Notes under the pieces: generated by a model
Told to the model about the DNA's origin: nothing
The model's database searches: none
Seen by the model: the letters and a program-made list of their open reading frames with translations, nothing else
Position numbers and translations under genes: made by a program
Origin: Candidatus Kerfeldbacteria bacterium
GTDB lineage: Bacteria > Patescibacteriota > Patescibacteriia > SBBC01 > CAIJZX01
DNA: 64,000 nt
Direction of reading: 5' to 3'
Assembly (NCBI GenBank): GCA_963731735.1
Contig: CAVSWO010000002.1
Location: forward strand, 402,891 to 466,890
In this document: piece by piece, positions 8,853 to 18,815 of the stretch
Layout: each line of letters begins with the position of its first letter
Position numbering within the stretch: position 1 is the stretch's first letter

Positions 8853-11800
8853 ATGAACATGAAAAAAGCGGTATTTGTCATCCTTTTGCTTGGTGCCTTG
8901 GTTTGGGAAACCGCGCCTATTTTTCGTAATTTCGATTCGCCCCCTCCGGCCAAGGCGGTCTACCTGACACCGCTCAACAACTACCGCCCCAAGGACCATG
9001 CCATCATCCGCAAGGATGGCGTCTGGCATGTCTTTGCAATTTACACCTGCATCGATCAGACACCGCCGTGTGACACCGGGCTTTACGGCTTGATGCACCT
9101 GACCTCAACCGATTTGAAAAACTGGACTGAAGTTGGGTATGTGATTCCGCCTGGTACCAGTGGCGCTTGGGATGATTACGATATCTGGGCACCATCGATT
9201 GTTGAACGTGACGGAACGTACTACATGTTTTATACCGGCGTGACGGACGCCTCAAAATTAATTCAAAAAATCGGGGTCGCGACGTCAACGGATTTATATA
9301 CTTGGACAAAATCCGGCAGCAATCCCGTCGTAAACTGTGGGGATTTTTCCTGGGCGCACTATGATACCGGGACTGCCTATCAAGCCGCTTGCCGCGATCC
9401 GTATGTCTACTGGGATCAAAACCAGCACCAGTGGGTGATGTTCATGAGCGCTCTGTCAACCGATGGATCACCAACGACCAATGCGCCCACAATTGGTATC
9501 GCGACTTCCGAGGATTTATTGACCTGGCGCGAGTATGGACACATTGCGACCACTGATGATTACACTGCCGAGTCACCGCATGTGATTGAACACGGCGGAA
9601 CGTATTACGTGGTCTTTACCGACAACTGCTCTCCGCAGCCGTGCCTGAAATATGTGTCGTCCACGAATTTGTATTCCGGGTACGGGGCGCAGACCTCAAC
9701 CGGTCTGGAGGATAATGCCTATGCATCCGAATATTATAAAGACGGCGACGGCCGGGAATATTTTTCCCGGGTTGACGGCACCACCAACCTCAATCTTGAT
9801 ATTAGCCAACTGACCTGGACCGGCTCACCCTTTACCGTCCAGGAACCCGCTTACGGATCGATCGGTGATTACGTTTGGAACGACACGAACGCGGATACCG
9901 CCCAAGACAGCGGAGAATCAGGGCTTGATAACGTCGCCTTGACCCTCTATCTCGATAACGGTGATGGGGTGTTTGATGCGGCCAGTGACGACGTCTACGC
10001 CACCACGACGACGGGTGATGATCCAAACACCATCGGTACGCAACATGGGTATTATACATTCAGCAATGTCTTGCCGGCCACCTATTGGGTCAGCGTTGAT
10101 CCAAGCAATTATGCCGGCGGCGGAGCCCTCGAGAACATGGTTCCGACCACGACCGCTTCGCCGCTGGCGGTGACTATTAGCGATAGTGAAAATGACGCCA
10201 CCATCGACCTTGGATTCCAAACGTTGGGCACGAGCTGGTCGCTCAACACGCCCGCCAATTTCAGTCTCGATTCGGGCCTGACGCTCAGCAACGGTCGCGC
10301 CTCACCGACCTCGACCAGCAATTGGTGGAATAACGATTACCGATACCGCCAACAGCTGACCGTCACGGCTAATACCCAAACCCTGGATACCACCAAGACC
10401 ATGATTCTGACCACGGATCTGGCGACTTTGGTCAGTGCCAGTAAACTACAATCCTCGTACAATGATCTGCGGCTGGTCTATTGGGACGGATCAAGTAATA
10501 CCGAAATTCCAATTGATATCATCAACAGCACCACCGTTCGGTTTAAAGTTCAGGCCAGCGTCACGGCCGGAAACACGGATAGCGGTTACTATTTATACTT
10601 CGGCGATCCAAACGCGCTGCCTCGGTCGCAGCAGTTAGCGGATGTTTATGACTACTATGATTCCTTCAACGCGCCGGACGGCACGACCTATAATTCTTGG
10701 GAGGAAAGCGGGGATACCAACTGGGTGATTTCCAACAACGCCTTTCGGTATAATGCCACCACCGTGGCTGACCGATTCGCCCGTGACACGTCAAAAACCG
10801 TTGACCTGAAAAACAACTGGCAGCTTGAAGCTACCGCCACCATCAACAGCGGGTCAATTGGCGGAGCGGGTTTTTTCGATGTCGCGGCCCTCGGTACCGA
10901 TCCTGATCACTTGTACGCGAATTTTGACGCGGCCAATGATCGCACCCAATTTTATCACTATGATTTCGGTCAGGTCGGGTCAAATACTGCTACGACCATC
11001 AACACCGCTACCGCCTATCGGATTGGCTTTGGACTCCGCTACCTCGGCGTTGATTCGCGGTTTTACGCGTCCACTTTGGATGGAACAACTGCCGGGTCGG
11101 CTATCGAAAGCGGCACCGGTTATGACATTTGGTATCCGGGGAATAACACGACCGCCCACCCAGCCCTGAATACGTTTAACGGCAATGTAACATTCGATGA
11201 CCTGAAGGGCTGGGAGGTGCATGATGGGAGCGTCAGCGCGGGCAGCGAAGCGTATATCGCGCCAGCCGTGAGCGCCAGTCTGCAACCGACTAGCGCTTCG
11301 ACTTTTGCTCGCTTGACCGCTTTCGGGACGGATCAAATCGCCCAAGGCGGCGACGTTACTTACGTACTCTCGAATGACGGTGGTACTACCTGGCAGTATT
11401 GGGATGGATCAAGTTGGACCAGCTCAAACAGTACAGCCGCGCAGTCAAATAGCGCCAGTACGGTCAATACCAATGCCGCCAGTTTCGCGGTTGGTTCCGG
11501 ACAATTTACCTGGAAAGCAATTTTTGCGGCCTCGGGAGATGACCAACCAACCTTGTTGCAAGTCGCGGCGACACTCAATCAGGCGCCCAATTCGCCAACG
11601 ATCAGCAGCCCGGCTGACGGTGCCGAGCTCAGTGTTTTCAAACCGGTGCTCAAATTTTCCACCACCGATAGTGAAAGTAACAATCTGCAATATCAGGTGC
11701 AAATTGATACCGTGAATACCTTTGACTCATCCGGTCTAATCACCTATACGCAGGCTAGTTCCCAAACCGGATGGAGCGGGCAAGATGCGAGCAGCGGTAC

Positions 11801-12956
11801 GCAGTACACTTCCGGCACGACGGCGACTCTCACGGTGCCAACCGCCTTATCCAATGGCACCTATTATTGGCGCGTCCGGGCCATCGATCCGAGCGGTTCA
11901 AACGTGTATAGCAGCTATACGTCAGCCCGTTCGTTCGACACGCCGCCGGCGCTGATCTTGTCGAACATCAATGGCCTAGCCGATTCACCGACGACCGCCG
12001 TGGTGAGCTGGACCTCTTCTAACGCCGGAACCAGCACGGTGGAGTATGGGCGCACGGCAGCCTATGGGACGACCGCCATTTTGAGCGCGAGCACCACCAG
12101 CCACAGCCTATCCTTACCACAACTAGAACCGGAAGCTACGTACTTCTTCCGAGTCAGCACGACCGATAGTTACGGTCAGACTACTTCTTCGGCAAATCAA
12201 ACCTTTGTTACGCCGCGAAAATATTCACTCCGAACTCCGACACTGTTTGATCCAAGCGCCGATTCCATCACCCTTACTTCGCGTCCGATCTTTACCGGAC
12301 TCGCCCAATCCGGCAACACCATCTTTATCCTGCTGGATGGATCGATTGAAGCGACGGTCAAAACCAGCAGCAATGATTCCGGCGTTGGATCCTTTGCCTA
12401 CCGAACCCGACGCGATCTTTCACCAGGCGTGCATGCCGTCCAACTGATTGCGCGGGATGACGCGACCAATGGTATTAGCCGCACGACCGCCCGCCGATAT
12501 TTCACCACCTTTCCAGATTCGGGTCCGACTATTCTCAAACCGGCCACTGGCACAACCACTAATTCGCAATCCGTGACGGTGGCGGGAGTTGCCTGGCGGA
12601 ATCATGACGTTTTCATTTTTGTCGACGGCAGTATCGCGCAAGTCGTGAAGGCCACCGATGATGCGTCCGGGGTCGGTTCATTTGCGGCGCATCTTAAGCT
12701 TGATAATGGTGTCCATCGAATCCATGCTCGGACGCGCGGACCGGATGGGAGCATCAGCCCGGCCGGCCGTGGCATTACCGTGGAAGTTAAAGATTCAGTA
12801 CTGGTTCACGTCGTCACCAGCGGGGAATCACTCTGGTCAATTGCCAAAGACTATTTCGGCCAAGGCAGCTTGTATCCGCGGATTATTGACGCCAACCCAA
12901 CCCTGCTGAATAACCCGATCCTGCTGATCGGGCAACTGCTCAAAATTATTTTCTAA
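8853..12956 (+). CDS. Large secreted multidomain protein: GH32/GH43-type beta-propeller, SdrD-B-like, DUF2341-like, Ig/FN3 domains, C-terminal LysM
   Basis: Signal peptide; KDHAII, IWAPSIV..YYMFYTG, CRDPYV, ESPHV; IGDYVWNDTNAD; WWNNDYRYRQQLTV; HVVTSGESLWSIAKDYFG. Confidence 0.85.
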   Translation: MNMKKAVFVILLLGALVWETAPIFRNFDSPPPAKAVYLTPLNNYRPKDHAIIRKDGVWHVFAIYTCIDQTPPCDTGLYGLMHLTSTDLKNWTEVGYVIPPGTSGAWDDYDIWAPSIVERDGTYYMFYTGVTDASKLIQKIGVATSTDLYTWTKSGSNPVVNCGDFSWAHYDTGTAYQAACRDPYVYWDQNQHQWVMFMSALSTDGSPTTNAPTIGIATSEDLLTWREYGHIATTDDYTAESPHVIEHGGTYYVVFTDNCSPQPCLKYVSSTNLYSGYGAQTSTGLEDNAYASEYYKDGDGREYFSRVDGTTNLNLDISQLTWTGSPFTVQEPAYGSIGDYVWNDTNADTAQDSGESGLDNVALTLYLDNGDGVFDAASDDVYATTTTGDDPNTIGTQHGYYTFSNVLPATYWVSVDPSNYAGGGALENMVPTTTASPLAVTISDSENDATIDLGFQTLGTSWSLNTPANFSLDSGLTLSNGRASPTSTSNWWNNDYRYRQQLTVTANTQTLDTTKTMILTTDLATLVSASKLQSSYNDLRLVYWDGSSNTEIPIDIINSTTVRFKVQASVTAGNTDSGYYLYFGDPNALPRSQQLADVYDYYDSFNAPDGTTYNSWEESGDTNWVISNNAFRYNATTVADRFARDTSKTVDLKNNWQLEATATINSGSIGGAGFFDVAALGTDPDHLYANFDAANDRTQFYHYDFGQVGSNTATTINTATAYRIGFGLRYLGVDSRFYASTLDGTTAGSAIESGTGYDIWYPGNNTTAHPALNTFNGNVTFDDLKGWEVHDGSVSAGSEAYIAPAVSASLQPTSASTFARLTAFGTDQIAQGGDVTYVLSNDGGTTWQYWDGSSWTSSNSTAAQSNSASTVNTNAASFAVGSGQFTWKAIFAASGDDQPTLLQVAATLNQAPNSPTISSPADGAELSVFKPVLKFSTTDSESNNLQYQVQIDTVNTFDSSGLITYTQASSQTGWSGQDASSGTQYTSGTTATLTVPTALSNGTYYWRVRAIDPSGSNVYSSYTSARSFDTPPALILSNINGLADSPTTAVVSWTSSNAGTSTVEYGRTAAYGTTAILSASTTSHSLSLPQLEPEATYFFRVSTTDSYGQTTSSANQTFVTPRKYSLRTPTLFDPSADSITLTSRPIFTGLAQSGNTIFILLDGSIEATVKTSSNDSGVGSFAYRTRRDLSPGVHAVQLIARDDATNGISRTTARRYFTTFPDSGPTILKPATGTTTNSQSVTVAGVAWRNHDVFIFVDGSIAQVVKATDDASGVGSFAAHLKLDNGVHRIHARTRGPDGSISPAGRGITVEVKDSVLVHVVTSGESLWSIAKDYFGQGSLYPRIIDANPTLLNNPILLIGQLLKIIF

Positions 12957-12984
12957 AAAAAGCTCCAGCTAGGCTGGAGCGGGG

Positions 12985-13212
12985 TTAGGCGGCCGGTGGC
13001 AAATCATTGCGCTCCGGCGGTTCGATTACCGTCAGGTTCGGGCGGGGCGGGAACAGCGCGTGCCAGCCCTTGACCGATAATGCGATGGCGCCTTCGATCA
13101 TTCGGACCCAGAGTGGATTGGCCGGTTCAGGCACGGTTGGCCTGAGCGGAAATGGATAGCCGGCCGGGTGGGGATCCTGTTTGATTTTCTGAAGCGTTTC
13201 TCGCTCGATCAT
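12985..13212 (-). CDS. Small Pro-rich hypothetical protein (75 aa)
   Basis: GGAGG SD before MIERETL. Confidence 0.5.
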   Translation of the reverse strand: MIERETLQKIKQDPHPAGYPFPLRPTVPEPANPLWVRMIEGAIALSVKGWHALFPPRPNLTVIEPPERNDLPPAA

Positions 13213-13297
13213 GCGATCCTCCTGATCGTGAAATCGGTAAACGCGAATCCGTAACGTGCAAATCTGTCCGCACCCTAGCACAGCCCGCCCGAAAAAT

Positions 13298-14494
13298 TCA
13301 AGCCCCGAGTCCGCGCTGAATAATGTCGCGGAAAGCGTAGGCGCTGGGCCGTACTCGGCGTTCCAGGTTGGCGTAGTCAATCTCAATCAGGCCAAAGCGG
13401 GGATCAAATCCCTCGCGCCATTCAAAATTATCGATCAGGGACCAGTAAATATAGCCGCGGACATCAAGGCCAGAAGCCAACGCCTGCGAAACTTGGGCAA
13501 TATGGTCGCGAATATATCCGGCTCGCCGGGAATCTTCGGCATCGGCCAAACCGTTTTCCGTGATAATGATCGGCAATTGATACGCCCGCAGACTTTCCAT
13601 CACCAACCCGAGTCCCTTTGGATAAATCGTCCAGCCTAAGTCGGTGGTTGGCAGATGCGGCATCGGGGCTGGTGAAAAAAGCCTTTCAATCCCCGAGATT
13701 TTGAATTTGACCGGATGATAGAAATAATAATTCAAACCGATGAAATCGACCTGGGCATAGGTTTGATCCAAAAACCAACGGTTATGCCAATATTGGCTAA
13801 ACCAGGTGAGTCCGCGGTCGAGCAGATTGTCCGGCCGTAGGGGGGCAAAGTGGTTGAGATTATTTGCGACGCCAACTTTGGCGTGCGGAAAGCGGCGGTG
13901 AATAATTTGACTGGCCAGGCGATGCGCCGTTACAAAATTCCGAATCGCCGATCCGGAAGCCAAGAAGTTTTTCCGTTGCGGCGGCCAATAGCCGGAAATG
14001 TACCCGAGCGAGGTATAGACCGTTGGCTCGTTGATGGTTATCCAGTACGGGACCTGCGCTCCCAACTGATCAACCACCAATTCGACGAATCGCGCAAAGG
14101 CGTCAACGGTCCGCCGGTTCGTCCAGCCGCCGCGATCACGTATCCAAATTGGATTGGTGAAATGCCAAAGCGTCACGATTGGCTGGATCCCAAGTTGATG
14201 GAGACTGGTCAGCACTTCTTTGTAGTGCTTCAGCGCATCTTCGTTGATGACACCCGGGCGCGGTTCAATCCGACTCCATTCAACCGAGAGACGATGGGCA
14301 TTATGCCCAAGCTGCTTGGCTAAAGCAAAATCTTGATGAAAGCGTTCGTAGTGCCCGCTCGCACGACCCGAACGTTCGCCATGCCGAACCCGGCCAAGTT
14401 TTTCCCACTCCGACCAGTCATTATGGTTATTTCCTTCAACTTGGTGCGCGCTGGTGGCGGCGCCCCACAGAAAGTTATGTGGAAAATGTTTCAT
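13298..14494 (-). CDS. Glycoside hydrolase family 1 (beta-glucosidase)
   Basis: FLWGAATSAHQVEG, TINEP, IITENG, WSLIDNFEW. Confidence 0.95.
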   Translation of the reverse strand: MKHFPHNFLWGAATSAHQVEGNNHNDWSEWEKLGRVRHGERSGRASGHYERFHQDFALAKQLGHNAHRLSVEWSRIEPRPGVINEDALKHYKEVLTSLHQLGIQPIVTLWHFTNPIWIRDRGGWTNRRTVDAFARFVELVVDQLGAQVPYWITINEPTVYTSLGYISGYWPPQRKNFLASGSAIRNFVTAHRLASQIIHRRFPHAKVGVANNLNHFAPLRPDNLLDRGLTWFSQYWHNRWFLDQTYAQVDFIGLNYYFYHPVKFKISGIERLFSPAPMPHLPTTDLGWTIYPKGLGLVMESLRAYQLPIIITENGLADAEDSRRAGYIRDHIAQVSQALASGLDVRGYIYWSLIDNFEWREGFDPRFGLIEIDYANLERRVRPSAYAFRDIIQRGLGA

Positions 14495-15546
14495 GGCGAT
14501 AGAGACAGCATACCGTCGCGAATTGATTGGCGCAAACTTTCCGGAACAAATGAATTGTCCGCAAGCCGGTCGAGTAATTGTTCCCGGGCCGGCGAATCCA
14601 GCGGCAAAATTTGGCTCGAGGTGATCAACGTTGGGAGCAGCCTAACGCTGATCCGGTTCGCAGCGACGGAAAATTGCAGCAGTAACCCGTGGACCGTTTC
14701 ATCGGAAAAAAACTGGTCAAACAGAAAATTACCGAGCGAATAGGCGATAAACTTTTGTTGATATATTTCAAACGGTTCAACCACGTGCGGGTGAGCGCCG
14801 ATGATCAGATCCGCTCCGGCTTCAACCAGGGCGTGGGCATCATCACGCTGCCGATTGGTTACGCCCAGCTGGTATTCATTGCCCCAGTGAGCCATCACGA
14901 CCACGAACATTCCAGCCGCGTCAGCCTGGCGCACCTCGGATACGACCTTTTCCAGGCCACCGGATAATCCATGGTAGCCAATCAACGCGACTGGCTGGCC
15001 GCCAACCGTTTCGGTTACGGAATACCCCGGGGCATTCCGCGGGTCGCCAAAGGCGTGGAGACTCGCCTCGGCCAGGACCTGACGCGTATTGTCAAGACCA
15101 CGCTGACCGAAATTAAGCGTGTGATTATTCGCCAGGGATAGATCGGTAAAGCCCGCGGCATGGAGTACTGGCGCCAGGGCGGGATCAAAAGTAAATACCA
15201 GATGCGTGTCAGTTGCCACGCTCTCGGCGGTTGTAAAGGGGCCCTCAAGGTTCCCCACCACCAGATCACCCATTAAGTATTGATCGATAGTCGAGAACGG
15301 AAAAAGGGGATCGCGTCGATTCAGTATCGTCCGGACATACCGGTCGAGCATGATATCACCGACCGCGGTCAGCGACCAGGCGGAAGTTTCTAAACCAGTC
15401 GGTGAATGCATCAAGACGTTGCCAGGCACGCTGACCCGAACAGCCTGGTTCGTATTAGCTCCCGTGGTGCTCCAGTTGAGCACGATGACGGCACTCAAGC
15501 AGAGTACGATGACACTGACCACAAGCACACCGGTCGGCAATTTCAT
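14491..15546 (-). CDS. CapA / PGA_cap family metallophosphoesterase-like protein
   Basis: VGDIML, GNLEG, SLANNH, HWGNE, GAHPHV, YSLGNFLFDQ. Confidence 0.9.
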   Translation of the reverse strand: MKLPTGVLVVSVIVLCLSAVIVLNWSTTGANTNQAVRVSVPGNVLMHSPTGLETSAWSLTAVGDIMLDRYVRTILNRRDPLFPFSTIDQYLMGDLVVGNLEGPFTTAESVATDTHLVFTFDPALAPVLHAAGFTDLSLANNHTLNFGQRGLDNTRQVLAEASLHAFGDPRNAPGYSVTETVGGQPVALIGYHGLSGGLEKVVSEVRQADAAGMFVVVMAHWGNEYQLGVTNRQRDDAHALVEAGADLIIGAHPHVVEPFEIYQQKFIAYSLGNFLFDQFFSDETVHGLLLQFSVAANRISVRLLPTLITSSQILPLDSPAREQLLDRLADNSFVPESLRQSIRDGMLSLSP

Positions 15547-15672
15547 ATTCAGTAGTGTAGCATGCTCGCGGGCGGGGATTGACAAACCTCCGAGGATCAG
15601 CTACGGTGCGGAGTTAGATTTTTGTTCTTTGCAGACCCGACGATTTTTCATAGAACGGACTGGAGGGAGCGG

Positions 15673-16209
15673 ATGCTGGCCAGACAGTATCGAACCGACT
15701 GCGGTGGCATCATCGAGGTGCATCCGAAGGCCGCATTTCTGCGATACGCCGATGAGAACTTTCGCTACTACTTAGTAGCCGCGATTCAGCGGATTCGTCT
15801 GCCGAACCAGGATCCGTTCGAAATCGAAATTGATTTCGGTGAGACGATCGGCAAATCGGAGTGTGTAGAAACTGCGGTCATTACTGAACAGACCGTCGTA
15901 GATTTCGCCATTCGGCGCGGCAAGCATTTCCCTTCGCGGATTGTGCTCCAGGATGCCAAACTGTCGGTCTCGAGCATGACCTTGATTGCGCGACGCCTTG
16001 AGCCCAAGCGCTTTCGCCTGGTCAGTGCGTATTTCGGCAGTTTGTCGAAACGGGAACCGTGGGACCGGACGCACACGGAGACCTCCCGGGCGGAAGCGAT
16101 CCAGTACTGGTGTCGTCACGCTCTGATCTATTCCCCGACCTGGATGCTGCCGCCGCAGCGGACGTCCTGGGCGAACATTCTGCAGTCTGCCTTGGAGCGC
16201 GATGCCTAG
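15673..16209 (+). CDS. Hypothetical protein
   Basis: GGAGG SD before ATG 15673. Long ORF filling the intergenic gap. Confidence 0.6.
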   Translation: MLARQYRTDCGGIIEVHPKAAFLRYADENFRYYLVAAIQRIRLPNQDPFEIEIDFGETIGKSECVETAVITEQTVVDFAIRRGKHFPSRIVLQDAKLSVSSMTLIARRLEPKRFRLVSAYFGSLSKREPWDRTHTETSRAEAIQYWCRHALIYSPTWMLPPQRTSWANILQSALERDA

Positions 16210-16253
16210 CGCTCCTTTTTCTTGGTAAAATGCTCATGCTATACTGAGCCGGT

Positions 16254-17234
16254 ATGCAGCAAGTAATTGTAACCGGCGGGGCCGGATTCATTGGGTCGAA
16301 TTTTATCCGTTTTGCACTCGATCGACACGCGGATTGGGAAATTTTGAATTTCGATAAATTGACCTACGCCGGCAACTTGGCAAATCTTCAGGATGTCGCC
16401 GATCATCCACGCTACCGCTTTATCCAGGGTGATATCGCCGATTCTGTCGCGGTAGCCAAAGTTTTTGCGGTTGGCGCGGATCTCGTTATCAATTTCGCCG
16501 CGGAATCCCATGTCGACCGTTCAATTACCAGCGGGGATGAATTTTTACGCACGAATGTGCTTGGCACCAACGTTCTGTTAGACGCTGCCCAGACTACCGG
16601 GGTGAAAAAATTCTTACATATTTCAACGGATGAGGTGTACGGCGATCTGCCGGCCGGCAGCTTTGCCAGTGAAACCGATCCGTTGCGCGCCTCAAGCCCC
16701 TATGCCGCCTCAAAAGCCGCCTCAGATTTACTCGTCTTGGCACACGCCCGGACGCATCAGTTACCGATCCTGATTACCCGCTGTACCAACAATTACGGCC
16801 CGTTCCAATTTCCGGAAAAAATGCTGCCACTCTTTACGACCAATCTGCTGCAGGGAAAAAAGGTTCCGGTCTACGGCGATGGCCGGCAAATTCGCGACTG
16901 GTTGCACGTTGAAGACCATTGCCGGGCAATTGACCTGGTCGTAAGCGATGGAACAGTCGGGGAGATATACAATGTCGGTGCGAATCATGATCCGGAGCGG
17001 ACGAATCTTGCGATTACCGAGCTTATTTTACGCGAACTCGGCCTCGATCAATCGATGATTGAGCATGTCACCGATCGACCGGGGCACGATCGTCGGTACG
17101 CCGTGGCGACTGATAAAATTGAAACCCTGGGCTGGCAGCCCCAAGTACCGATTGAGGATGGAATCCGCGCGACGGTCCGTTGGTACAAAAAACATCCTGA
17201 GTGGTGGCAGCCGTTAGTCCATCCAGCCTCATGA
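16254..17234 (+). CDS. rmlB: dTDP-glucose 4,6-dehydratase
   Basis: TGGAGFIGSNF, DKLTYAGN, AAESHVDRS, STDEVYG, YAASK. Confidence 0.95.
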   Translation: MQQVIVTGGAGFIGSNFIRFALDRHADWEILNFDKLTYAGNLANLQDVADHPRYRFIQGDIADSVAVAKVFAVGADLVINFAAESHVDRSITSGDEFLRTNVLGTNVLLDAAQTTGVKKFLHISTDEVYGDLPAGSFASETDPLRASSPYAASKAASDLLVLAHARTHQLPILITRCTNNYGPFQFPEKMLPLFTTNLLQGKKVPVYGDGRQIRDWLHVEDHCRAIDLVVSDGTVGEIYNVGANHDPERTNLAITELILRELGLDQSMIEHVTDRPGHDRRYAVATDKIETLGWQPQVPIEDGIRATVRWYKKHPEWWQPLVHPAS

Positions 17235-18058
17235 GGGTGATGGTGATTGGAGCCAAAGGTATGCTCGGCCAAGCCACACTCGATGCTTGGTTTGATCATG
17301 ACGTCTTGGCCCTTGATTTGCCGCAGCTCGATATTACCGACCCGGTCCAAGTCAAACGCATAATTGCCAATCTTGCACCGCAGGTGGTTATCAATTGTGC
17401 TGCCTACACTGATGTGGACGGAGCCGAATCACACTATGATCTGGCCGACCGCGTTAACGGCATCGCGGTTGGATACTTGGCGCAGGCCTGTGACGCCCAT
17501 CGCATTCCACTCGTCCATATCAGTACGGATTATGTCTTCGACGGTACCGCAGAATCTGGCTATCGCGAGAGCGATCAACCGAAGCAGCCGGTCAACGCCT
17601 ATGGCCAGACAAAATTGCACGGCGAACAACAGCTGTTGCTACACGTCCGCCGTTTCTACTTGGTCCGGACTTCTTGGCTGTATGGACCGGGCGGAAAAAA
17701 TTTCGTGGGGACGATGCTGCAACTCGGCCGAACAAAACCAGCATTGCAGGTCGTGAATGATCAACACGGAAAACCAACCCTGACGCGTGACCTGGCCGGT
17801 TTTATCAAAAAGCTAGTCGTCGAAAAGGCCCCGTACGGGACATACCATGGAGTGAATGAAGGCTCGACGACCTGGTATGATTTTACGCGCGAGATTTTTC
17901 GACAGGCGGGCATCAACACGCCGGTCGAGCCGACCACCAGCGATCACTTCTCTCGACCTGCCAAACGACCGGCCTGGTCAGTTTTGCTTAATCTCAAACG
18001 ACCGCCATCGCGGCCCTGGACGGAAGCCTTGGCGTCCTATCTTGCAGAAATAGACTAA
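17231..18058 (+). CDS. rmlD: dTDP-4-dehydrorhamnose reductase
   Basis: GAKGMLG, NCAAYTDVD, STDYVFDG, YGQTK. ATGA overlap with rmlB. Confidence 0.93.
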   Translation: MRVMVIGAKGMLGQATLDAWFDHDVLALDLPQLDITDPVQVKRIIANLAPQVVINCAAYTDVDGAESHYDLADRVNGIAVGYLAQACDAHRIPLVHISTDYVFDGTAESGYRESDQPKQPVNAYGQTKLHGEQQLLLHVRRFYLVRTSWLYGPGGKNFVGTMLQLGRTKPALQVVNDQHGKPTLTRDLAGFIKKLVVEKAPYGTYHGVNEGSTTWYDFTREIFRQAGINTPVEPTTSDHFSRPAKRPAWSVLLNLKRPPSRPWTEALASYLAEID

Positions 18059-18080
18059 ATTCAGTACCCTCAGAACGTCT

Positions 18081-18815
18081 ATGAAAGGTATTATATTAGC
18101 CGGTGGAGCCGGGACGCGCTTACGGCCGCTGACGCTCGTATCTAGTAAGCAACTGCTGCCGGTCTATGATCAGCCGATGGTGTATTATCCCTTGCAAACC
18201 CTGCTCCAGGCCGGGATTAAGGATATTTTAATTATCGTGGCGCCCGATCGGGCCGGAGAATTCTTACGGGTCTTAGGATCAGGCAAAGAATTTGGCGCCA
18301 AATTTACCTATGAAATTCAAGACAAGCCGAACGGTTTAGCGGAAGCGTTCATCCTAGGCGCGAATTTTATTGATGAAGATAATGTGACCCTTATTCTGGG
18401 TGACAACCTCTTCCTTGGCCAAGAACAAGAAATCCTTGAAGCAATTACCAGCTTTGAACGAGGTGGCCGGGTGTTTGCGAAAGAAGTGTCTGACCCCAAG
18501 CGCTTTGGGGTGGTTGAATTTGATACTGACCGAAAGGTCATTTCGATCGAAGAAAAACCCAAGCAGCCGAAAAGCAACTACGCACTGGTTGGACTCTATG
18601 TGTTTGATCGAACGGTGGTTGAAATTGCCAGGCAACTGAAGCCGTCGGCTCGCGGCGAGTTGGAAATTACCGATGTGCATAAAGCCTACTTAGAGCGCAA
18701 TCAGCTAGACGTCCGAATGTATACCGGCCGGTGGTTGGACACCGGAACGTTTGATTCGTTACTTGAGGCCGGAAACGTGGTAGCCGACTGGAAGCGAAAT
18801 CAGTCGCCTACTTGA
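18081..18815 (+). CDS. rmlA: Glucose-1-phosphate thymidylyltransferase
   Basis: GIILAGGAGTRLRPLT, SKQLLPVYD, SARGELEITD, WLDTGT. Confidence 0.93.
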   Translation: MKGIILAGGAGTRLRPLTLVSSKQLLPVYDQPMVYYPLQTLLQAGIKDILIIVAPDRAGEFLRVLGSGKEFGAKFTYEIQDKPNGLAEAFILGANFIDEDNVTLILGDNLFLGQEQEILEAITSFERGGRVFAKEVSDPKRFGVVEFDTDRKVISIEEKPKQPKSNYALVGLYVFDRTVVEIARQLKPSARGELEITDVHKAYLERNQLDVRMYTGRWLDTGTFDSLLEAGNVVADWKRNQSPT

